From assembly GCA_951406725.2 (NCBI GenBank), contig OX597825.1, forward strand, positions 23,250,001 through 23,314,000: a DNA stretch of 64,000 nt. The letters are read 5' to 3'. The stretch comes from Octopus vulgaris. Lineage: Eukaryota. Under the pieces are notes generated by a model. The model did not search any database, had not been told where the DNA came from, and saw nothing but the letters and a program-made list of their open reading frames with translations. Positions 53,896 through 64,000 of this stretch are shown here, piece after piece. The position numbers and the translations under genes were made by a program. How positions within the stretch are numbered: the first letter of the stretch is position 1; each line of letters starts with the position of its first letter.

Positions 53896-54427
53896 GGATC
53901 TTTTCGGTTTGACCGGCAGATTTTTAAAATAATTTCTTTGTAACTAAACATTTTTTTAAAACTTCGTATACTGGTAGAATGTGTTTATAAAACATCTTTT
54001 TCTCTTGGCCTTCTTGAGAAAATTCTGTAGTTTGTAAGATATTTGGTCTTTAATTTCTTAATTTTCGGCAATTTCAACCAATCAATGACGTCTATTAGGG
54101 TGAAAACAATATCTGCCGAAGTCTGTCAACAGCAATTTTTTGCGGTGTCATATGAAAATATCCCTGCTATTTATGAGAAAAAAAGATACCCTGTGGCCAT
54201 AAACTGAGGGGTCACTTGTAAACAGAGCTGGATAACAAAACCGTTCCCTCTTTAGTGTCCACCCATAATTAAGACCCTAGTATCGATCTATTGTATTTCA
54301 ATCTGTTTTAGGGTTAGGGTTAGAGTTAGGGTTAGTTAGGATTAGGGTTACGGTTAGGGTTAGTTAGGGGGATCTTTTCGGTTTGACCGGCAGAGTTACA
54401 AAGAAATTATTTTTAAAATCTGCCGGA
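53896..54427. mobile_element. Rearranged MITE of the related GACCGGCAG subfamily with TTAGGG-like repeats
   Basis: TIR at 53896 and a second same-orientation TIR near 54369. TTAGGG-like run at 54308-54369. Confidence 0.65.
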
Positions 54428-54612
54428 TAACAATTATAGCGTGGGAAGACATGAACTTGCTATTCAAAAATACAGTCTGTTAGATTCACTTAAAACATTT
54501 CTCATTCGGTATCGACATTTTCGTCGTATGAACTGCGATCTGGACAAGAATAAAAGTACAAAAATGTCGATGCCAATAAATATCACGTGACCGACCAGAC
54601 CATCAGATGTTG

Positions 54613-54643
<31 letters not shown>

Positions 54644-54658
54644 CATACATACATACAT

Positions 54659-54729
<71 letters not shown>

Positions 54730-55100
54730 AGTGCAGAATCACCTCCCTCCGACAAGTAATCCTAACGAGACGTCTGCGTTGACTGGGTCATGCCTTCCGT
54801 CGGAGAATTCATCTACGAAGCAATTTCCCCAGCTTCCCTTCAGGGTTGGCGAAAGCGATGTGGTGGACAACGAAAAACCTGGCTGATGACAGTTAAGGTT
54901 GATCTGGAACCCAACCTAGGCCCCCATATCCACGGCGTTCGCCGCTGGAACAAGGAGTGGTTGGAGATCACGCGGTCGTTAGCCTCATATCGCCAGGTCT
55001 GGTCGGTGTTTGTGAGAGATGCAGCATCGAGGATGAATGAAGCCAGCTCAACCCACCCCGGGTGAATGCTGTCTCAAGACAAGACAAGACAGACAAGACA
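54730..55100 (+). mobile_element. RTE-like LINE 3' end with (CAAGA)n tail
   Basis: GWRKRCGGQRKTWLMTVKVDL...WNKEWL...RQVWSVFVRDA is a typical LINE C-terminus, followed by a short-repeat tail. Confidence 0.65.
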
Positions 55101-55606
55101 GATAGACAAGACAGACAGACAGACAAGACAGACATACATACATACATACATACATACATACATACATACATACATACATACATACATACATACATGTCAT
55201 ACATACATACATACATAAGTGTGTATGTGTGTGTCTGTGGAAAGCGCGTGGCCTATTAGTTAAGGTATTGTATTCACGATCGCTAGATTTTCATGGGTTC
55301 AATTCCGGGACGGAGCAGCGAGTTGTGTTCTTGAGCAAAAAACCACTTCATTTCACGTTGGCCGAGTCTACTCAGCTGTAAATGGGCTGACCCTGTGACG
55401 GAATGGCCTTCCGATCAGGGAAAATGTCGGACTGCTCACCTAACTAGCAAGGAGGTGGCGTCATTGGAATGCTAAAACGATGAGTGCACTGTGACCAGCG
55501 ATGTGTAATAACATCCGATAGTCAGATCGACACGAGCGCCACTACCTGCCACCCGATTGTGCTTCCTCATAATTTTTTGAAAAATGGATAATTTATTAAG
55601 GGAATT

Positions 55607-55899
55607 GGATCTTTTCGCTTTGACCGGCAGATTTTAAAAATAATTTCTTTGTAACTAAAAACTTTTAAACTTCGTATACTGGTAGAATGTGTTTATAAAA
55701 CATCTTTTTCTCTTGGCTCTCTTGAGAAAATTCTGTAGTTTGTAAGCTATTTGTTCTTTAATTTCTTGCATTTCGGTAATTTCAACCAATCAATGACGTC
55801 TATTGAGGTGAATTCAATATCTCCGGGTCGTTGTCAACAACAATAATTTGCGGTGTCATATGAAATTTTAAAAATCTGCCGGTCAAAGCGAAAAGATTC
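55607..55899. mobile_element. Short MITE, related subfamily
   Basis: TIRs GGATCTTTTCGCTTTGACCGGCAG. TSD AGGGAATT/AAGGAATT. Confidence 0.8.
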
Positions 55900-58800
55900 A
55901 AGGAATTTTCTACAAATACGTTTCAGGGGGGGGGGGGGGAGACTCCGATCATATTGGAATTTTTAGTGAAAAACATTTTGGGAAGGAGTGATGAGAGGAG
56001 TTTCGGATAATTCACACGCATCAAATATCTTTCTTCAGAACTTTCAGAAAACGGGTGTTTTTTTAATGAAGTTTTTCTCCTACAGATTACTTTTCAGGAA
56101 GTGGCGACTCGTATATATGAAAAGCACCGGGCCTGGCAGACTCGTTAGCACGCCGGCCTAAATGCTCAGCGGTATTTCGCTTGTGGGTAATAAAGAAATA
56201 GGTATTTCGCCCGTCGAGGGCGGCGAGCTGGCAGAAACGTTAGCACACCGGGCGAAATGCGTAGCCGTATTTCGTCTGCCGTTACGTTCTGAGTTCAAAT
56301 TCCGCCGAGGTCGACTTTGCCTTTCATCCTTTCGGGGTCGATTAAATAAGTACCAGTTGCGCACTGGGGTCGATATAATCGGCTTAGTTCGTTCGTCTGT
56401 CCTCTCTGTGTTTAGCTCCTTTTTGTTTTTTGTCGGCATTTGGGGCTTTACTCAAATTGTGTTTGTATCCTGCTGTTTTGAAACAATGACAAGAAGCCTT
56501 TTATAAGGAAATCCTTTTTAATGTTTTTCTAAACGTATGACCGACATCGTCCTCGTGCCTTTACAACAACAGTCACCACTTTCTTTATCGGTGTATCAGT
56601 CAATTTCTTTATTAACCATGAGGTTGAGAAAGGGGACGATACGAGGACAGACAAAACAAACATTGGGGTCAGGGTATTGAATGAGACGAAACGTGTGAAT
56701 AAACAAACAAAATATACAATTAAATGAGAATGAGTGATTTACAAAAAGCGAAGCAGAGGACGTGAAATCATTGTATTCTAAACATTCTGAAACACTAGTA
56801 ATTCGCAACCTTTAAGATTCTTAATACCCCATCTGCCCCCTTCGTCTTATCTTTCAGTTTGGGCAGGGATTTTATTTTCGTTGATTTTCGTCTGTTTGCT
56901 TTATTTGTTGTTTTTTTTTTCTTCTTCATACATTAGTTATTCTGCAAAACAAACACTTTTTCTACGTGACATAAAACGAAAAATTAAAAGAAAAAAAAAA
57001 AGAATTTATTAACACCTGATTTCTACCAACTGATAGCGTAGACATAATTCCTCCTATCAAATAGAATTTTAGACACCATTACTTTATCGCCCACACGAGA
57101 CAAAGATAAATAGAAATACACAGTTTTAAGTAAACAATACTTTGCGACCAACTGTTGCTATGGCAAAGAGAGAGAGAGGAAAAATATTGAGACAGCTTTG
57201 ATCTCATTGTAATTTTCTTCAATTGAAAATAAAATATTCTTTTTTACGTCGTAAGAGTTTAGAAACTTCGGGAGACGTGAAATAGTAAGTTTTTAACGGT
57301 GGAACTCGAAACAGATAAAGCTATAAATGATAGCGTGTAAATATTGATTTCAAATTTTGGCATGAGTGAAATGTATTTTTTTTCCCTCCATTACTTAGCC
57401 CGTCTGTAACGCTTCCACGTGATAAGTTGAAGGGAAAAGCGAAGAGCGAAAGAAAAAAGAGAAAGAAAAAGAGGGTATGGCAAAGGGTGAGAATGAATGA
57501 GGGAGAGTACTGTGTATTATGTCTACAAAATTGTGCATAGGTGCAGGAGTGGCTGTGTGGTAAGTAGCTTGCTAACCAACCACATGGTTCCGGGTTCAGT
57601 CCCACTGCGTGGCACCATGGACAAGTGTGTTCTACTAAAGCCCCGGGCCGACCAATGCCTTGTGAGTGGATTTGGTAGACGGAAACTGAAAGAAGCCTGT
57701 CGTATATATGTATATATATGTGTGTGTGTGTGTCTGTGTTTGTCCCCCTAGCATTGCTTGACAACCGATGCTGGTGTGTTTATGTCACCGTCACTTAGCG
57801 GTTCGCCAAAAGAGACCAATAGAATAAGTACTGGGCTTACAAAAAGAATAAGTTCCGGGGTCGATTTGCTCGACTAAAGGCGGTGCTCCAGCATGGCCGC
57901 AGTCAAATGACTGAAACAAGTAAAAGAATAAAAGAAAAAGTATACAAAATCTCTCTATATATAAACGGCAAAATGTCCGTCTGTTGTGTGTCCTTTATAC
58001 AAATCCACAATTTTTCAGTTAGAGAGCTCGCACTTTCTATGGTCATTCAAAACCGTCCAAGGGTGGTCGTGTACATGCAAAGCCATTAAAAAATCAATAG
58101 AAGTGACTTTTTGTGAATTTTCTATCCAAAACCCAATCAAAATGCCCGAAACTTGATATGCCAATTGAATGCCAGCTAGCTGTATGTGATTGGTCGGAGA
58201 TTTGGACAGTACTCGCGTGTATGTGCGCACGCATGCAGCTTGATGCCCTTCCTAACGCCAACCACTACGTGAGTGTAGTGGGTGCTTCTTACTTGCCACT
58301 GGCACAGGGGCCAGAGGAGGCTGGCAAACGACCACGATCGGTTAGTGCTTTTACGTGTCACCGGCATGGACGCCAGCGAGGCGGCGCTGGCATCTGCCAC
58401 ATTCGGACGGTGCTTTTAACATGTCACCGGTATGAGTATCTTAACTACATGAAAAGGAGCATGGGGGAATTCCATAGAGTGTACACTGTATAAACTATCA
58501 GATCACAAGAGGTGCAGTGGAATCGCAGACAAGATGTACAGTGAAAGCAGATTTTATATGTGCTAAATGTGGATTTGCACAAAATACTAAAAGTGCATCT
58601 GAAATAGATTATCTCAAATGTCTGGGAGGATTCCTAAAAGTAGCATCCGTTATCTAGATGACCTAATTAGCAGTAGAATAGGATGTTCTTAAAGTATATA
58701 GTAGCTAGAGTAACAACAAGAAGGAATAAGTTTAGAGAGCTGTTACTTTTCTTGGTAGTAAACGGCCTCTCTCAGAATGAAAAGGAGATTGTATGATGTC

Positions 58801-60789
58801 TATGTACAAACAGAAATGCTGTGAATGCAGAGGATATGCAAAAGCTTGAAAGAAGTTAAGCAATATGTGCAATGTCATGACAAAGTGTGCATATAGGAGT
58901 GGCTGTGTGGTAAGTAGCTTGCTTGCCAACCACATGGTTCCGGGTTCAGTCCCACTGCGTGGCACTTTGGGCAAGTGTCTTCTACTATAGCCTCGGGCCG
59001 ACCAAAGCCTTGTGAGTGGATTTGGTAGATGGAAACTGAAAGAAGCCCGTCATATATATATATGTATATGTATATATATGTGAGTGTTTGTGTTTGTCCC
59101 CCCAACATCGCTTGACAACCGATGCTGGTGTGTCTACGTCCCCGTAACTTGGCAGTTCGGCAAAAGAGACCGATAGAATAAGTACTAGGCTTACAAAGAA
59201 TAAGTCCTGGGGTTGATTTGCTCGACTAAAGGCGGTGCTCCAGCATGGCCACAGTCAAATGACTGAAACAAGCAAAAGAGTAAAAAAGTATATGACAAAC
59301 TACAGACTTAAGAGACTTAAATTAGGCATAAGAAGCATCAGATGTGGTCTACAGGAGAGAAGACTGCACTGGTATGGTCATGTCATGTGGATGTATGAGG
59401 ACAGTTGTATAAAGAAGCGCTGGTTGCTAAACATAGAAGGAACACATGGAAGAGGCAGACCTGGGAAGAGGTGGGAACAAAGTGGTGAAGACTGACCTCA
59501 AGGTGTTGAGCCTCCGGGAGGAGATGACACAGAGGGACCAAGGTGAATGGTGTTATGTTGTGCTTGAGAAGACCTGGGCCATCTCAGTATAATTGAAGCT
59601 CTGTTTAGCCTTCCTCCACAACTTATCTATTTTCTCCACTTCCCCCAATATAGAACTGGTATCCTCTGCATCCAACTCATTCCCTATTTCTAAGCATCTG
59701 TCACACAATTTTCACTCTGGGCACTTCCTATTCTGTCTCATATTCACTTTGTACTTGGACCTCGGATCTTTCTTAGGCATGTGTTTGTGTGTGTGTGCAT
59801 AAGTCAGTACTTTTAAGTCTATATTTGGTATATGGTCACTTGCTTTGTGTGTACACTATCCATCAACACCTTTTATGACTCTACCCCACCCCCACCGTCT
59901 CCCTTTATCAGTACACACACACACCACACACATATTGTCCCCCTCCTTCTCCAAGCCCTCATTATGACTAAATCTTTCATCCAGAAAAATCTTTAATGAC
60001 CCTCAAACATTTTAATTTTTATATTCCTCCCTGCTGCCCCCCCCCCCCACAAGGGTCATCTTCCTTCTGGTCTCCAGCAAATAAGCACAGGTGCTATATA
60101 CTACTTCCCTTCAGCTTTATTACTGTCCTCATTTTAGTGTCTTTTGTCTTAAATCTTTTGTCACACATCCAGTGACCTCTTCAGAGACTCTCTCTCTCTC
60201 TCCCACAGGATGCATGACAAAAGATTGAAGACAAAGGAACAATGCTAAAGCTGTCAACAACAACAAAAAAAATGATCATCCCCAAAAGTATAACAATATC
60301 TGTTTCAGCACATGATATCACATCAGGAATCTAGCAAAACAAATACATAAGCAAGACTTTTATTTTCTTGTTCTTCTTTCTGCATACCTTTCTCCCTCTT
60401 TTCTTTTCTTCTCTCTCTCCATTTCCTTCATCATCTCTGATCTTGCATCAGTTATTCTATCTATATCTCCAAGAACACACACACACATTTTTTTTTTTTT
60501 GTTCCTTCTCAAGCCATGCCTGGCTCAAAGGGCCGGTTTCCTTGGCGTATATGTTCCCCACCTGGACAGGACGCCAGTCTGTCGCAGGTGAGCTACAAGA
60601 TGCAGGAGGAAAGAGTGAGAGAAAGTTGTGGCGAAAGAGTCAGCAGAAGTTTGCCATTACCTTCTGCCGGAGCCGCGTGGAGCTCAGGTGTTTCGCTCAT
60701 AAACACACACACATCACCCGGTCCGAGATTCGAACCCACGATCCCTCGACTGCAAGTTCACTGCTCTAACATAAGAGATGCAGTAATAT

Positions 60790-61640
60790 AGCAGAGGAAG
60801 GCTAACTGGGAAGATAGTTTTCGTGTGTGGCAGATGCACAGGGGCAATAAACACTGAAAATGTGCAGAAAACAGCTTCCATCACATGCTAGGGAGAAAAG
60901 CTAGAAGAGTTGATAACTTCCGTTACCTAGGTGACCAAGTCAGTAATGGGAGTGGATGCTCTGAGAGCATTGCTGCTAGATTAAGAATAGCCTGGGCAAA
61001 GTTCAGGGAGCTCCTACCTCTGCTTGTAACAAAGGGCCTCTCGCTCAGAGTGAAAAGTAGACTGATTGACGTATGCGTGCAAACTACCAAATATGTGGCA
61101 GTGAAACATGGGCTGTGACTGCTGAGGATGAAATAGTGAAGCACAACCTTCCAATGTTGGGCCTCATGGAGGCAATGACAAGCAGCCAAGACCTTGGAGA
61201 TATGCTGTGCTTGAGAAGACCCAGCAAACCAGGTGAGATGGTAACCATGGCTTATGCCAGTTCCGCATAACCGGCCCATTTAAGAGTACCCTTCAATCAT
61301 TTGGCAATATACTGTGCTTGAGAAGACTTGTTGAGTCAAGTGAAATCATTGTTGTGGCTGATGACAGTAGCACCTGACTAGCAGCTGAGCTGGTGGCACG
61401 TAAAAAGCTCCATTCAAGCATGGTCGATGGCATGGCCACCTAACCGGTCCTGTGCCAGTGGCACATAAAAAGCACCCACTACACTCTTGGAGTGGACAGC
61501 GTTAGGAAGGGCATCTAGCTATAGAAACCTTGCCAGATCAGATTAGAGCCTTGTGCAGCCTCCTGGCTTACTAGTCCTCAGTCAAACCATCCAACACATG
61601 ACAGCATGGAAAGCAGATGTTAAACGATGATGATGATATA
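60790..61640 (+). mobile_element. Decayed RTE-type LINE 3' fragment with (GAT)n tail
   Basis: VDNFRYLGDQVSNGSGCSESIAARLRIAWAKFRELLPLL (YLG motif). The 3' part is shared with 44800-45640 and ends in TTAAAC(GAT)n. Confidence 0.75.
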
Positions 61641-61812
61641 TATATATATAATTAATAATATTAGGGTAATAAAGATTTTAGAAATTTTTACTACCTATGG
61701 CCTAGTGTATAGAAAAATTAGTCAATAGACTATATATTATTCATAAAAGATACAGTAAACATTTAAACACATTAAGAGGTTTCCAACATAGGAATCCTTT
61801 ACATTAGAAAGA

Positions 61813-61892
61813 ACAGCTAAAGTCCAAACCACTAATTAGGGATAAATCCCTTCGAAAATTTATCCCTAATTAGTGGTTTGGACTTTAGCTGT
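61813..61892. repeat. Perfect hairpin, 35-bp arms and 10-nt loop
   Basis: ACAGCTAAAGTCCAAACCACTAATTAGGGATAAAT followed by its exact reverse complement at 61858-61892. Confidence 0.9.
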
Positions 61893-63570
61893 CGATAAAC
61901 TCAGTACCAGTTGTGCACTGAGGTCGATGCGATCGACTGTGCCCCTCCCCACAAAATCCAAGCCTTGTACCTATATTAGAAAGGTTTATTTACTTGCACC
62001 CCGCAGAAACAGTGTATCCTCATCACAGAAGCAGAAATATACTGCATGCCATGAACTAAATAATTTACATAACCTGTTCTATATATTCACTGTTGAACCA
62101 TCTAACACATGCCAGCATGCAGAAAAGAAGTAAATCATACCAACAAAACTGATGATTTACTGTGGGAGAGACAGGAAATGTTAAAAATACCTAAGTTTCT
62201 TCAAAGTATATATTGCTTTATAGCATTCACAAATTTTGACCTTCATTAATAGTGCGTAATATGATACAATATTGCTGTTTTGTACTTTCATTTCACGCTA
62301 GAAATCTGCATATGATGATGATGATGGTAGTGATGGTGATGATAATGATGGTGGTGGTGATGACTGAAGTTTTGTATTTTCTTTTTTTCTTTGTTTTCAT
62401 GCCAGACAGAATGAAAATAAGAAACGAAGGTGAAACAAATACTATAGGTGTATGGAATGAAGCTATCTTGATGCATTATTTAACCATGCTTGGATCTCCG
62501 TCAGTTATGGTGATGACGGTTCCAGCTGATTCGATCAACAGAACAGCCAGCTCACGAAATTAAAGTGCAAGTGGCTGAGTACTTCACAGACATGTCATTC
62601 TTGAAATAAATAATTACATATTAAAATATCAAAGCTACAAGATTAAAAAAATGATAAATTCAAAAGAATGTGAATAAATAAGCATTACATTTGACAATAA
62701 TCTGAATTAATTGGAAATATTAAATTTCTAAATCTCTCATAAAGATATGTACGGTGGTGGGGCGATAGAATGGTTGTATACTGTCAGTCTAACGTGAACG
62801 TGACAGTAGGGGGTTACACCACCGCTGTTTAGCCTTAGGAAGCATTGACGCTTCCTGATGGCTTCGACACATTTTTCCTGTGTCCTTATATACATTTACG
62901 AAGGGGAGACAAACATCCCTCAGCAGCCAGGCCTTGGCTTAAACTTTGATATTTAACACTGTAATTTAACCGTTTAGCATTCAGATAATTCTATGAAATA
63001 TAATGATATAATGCCTACCCATTCATATTATGAAAACCATGCCAAAACTGAATTTGCCTGTGTGAGTGCCATGTAAAATGCACTCTACAGAGTGGTTGGC
63101 ATTAGGAAGGGAATCCAGCTGTAAAGATCATGCCAAAACCGACACAGAAGCATGGTGCAGGCTCCTGCCTAGCCAGCTCCTATTAAATAGTCCAACCCAT
63201 GCCAGCATGGAAGGAGGATATTAAATGATGATGATGATGATGATTTTTAATTAAATCATACATTAAGTTGTAGCTTTGAGATTTCAATGATGTGAATGTT
63301 TATGGTTTGAATGACATTGTAGAGTATGTGTGAGAGACCAGATACAGCCAGTCTGAGCATAAAACAAGTAAAACATTTGGGGCCAGATATGGCCGGTTTA
63401 AATGATAAAAAGGGTTACATATCCTGGAAACCATGTCAAAGATAAAGAATAAAATAGTTTCTCAAATTATGAAAATGTACCCCTATGTACCCCTAATGGT
63501 GCATAGGACGGCTGTGTGAAGTTTGCAATAAACCACCAGGGGTACATGTGACAGTTAATATGTTAATGTA

Positions 63571-64000
63571 TTGGATTGTCTGGAAAATTCGTGCCGATTT
63601 ATTGTAGCTTACCTTTCGACTTATTTTAAAACATGTTTGAGTCCATAAAATAGGATTTCACTACACCTCCATTTAGAGCACAGTTTAAGCTATCTTTTTG
63701 TGGAAGAAGGTTTATGTTCCTATAACCTGTGTTAATTCTGTAACCCTTCAAAATGGAAGATAAGAAAGTTCATTTTCGGCACTTGATGCTTTTCTTTTTC
63801 CGTAAAGGGAAAAAAACCTCAAAAGCAACCAAAGAAATATGCACAGTTTACGTTGATGCTTCTTTATCCAAAAGAACTGTATGGAACTGTTTGCAAGGTT
63901 CCGAGCTGGAGATTGTAGCCTTATTGATAAAGAGCAATCAGGCAAACCATCCACTACAGATGATGACAAAATTAAGCCATTAATTGCGAATAACCCACAT
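63571..64000 (+). mobile_element. Mariner element 5' end (same family as the 5.0-kb copy), frameshifted, runs off the window
   Basis: TA plus the same TIR. MEDKKVHFRHLMLFFFRKGKKTSKATKEICTVY is a mariner N-terminal HTH. Confidence 0.88.

Overview
AT-rich, repeat-saturated eukaryotic DNA. The SINE families, (TA)n/(CA)n load and TTAGGG repeats suggest an octopus or other cephalopod genome (inference). Most of the supplied ORF track is microsatellite or SINE noise. One conserved gene is supported: the last two coding exons of a mitochondrial carrier of the SLC25A34/35 type on the minus strand (43709-43927 and 42168-42485). I could not find its upstream exon(s). The rest is tRNA-derived SINEs, non-autonomous Helitrons, Tc1/mariner relics, a TTAGGG-carrying MITE family with 8-bp TSDs, RTE LINE fragments and Penelope-like element (PLE) relics. 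Four observations stand out. (1) A young non-coding PLE-type element with 536-bp inverted arms, each carrying a hammerhead ribozyme with a very long stem II (16.5-19.4 kb); further degenerate hammerheads lie at 27.0 kb and 41.3-41.7 kb. (2) A compact unannotated minus-strand gene at 52.7-53.8 kb with an ATF/CRE-like palindrome, TATA box, 20-codon uORF, RVxF motif, poly(A) signal and an ORF split at a G-A6 run; it loosely resembles PPP1R15/GADD34 logic and may have a decayed paralog at 13 kb. (3) SINE insertions built from one head plus 1-4 tandem ~184-bp bodies, with several multimers enclosed by one TSD. (4) A 2.5-kb palindrome of two head-to-head composite Helitrons, within a cluster of fold-backs downstream of the carrier gene.
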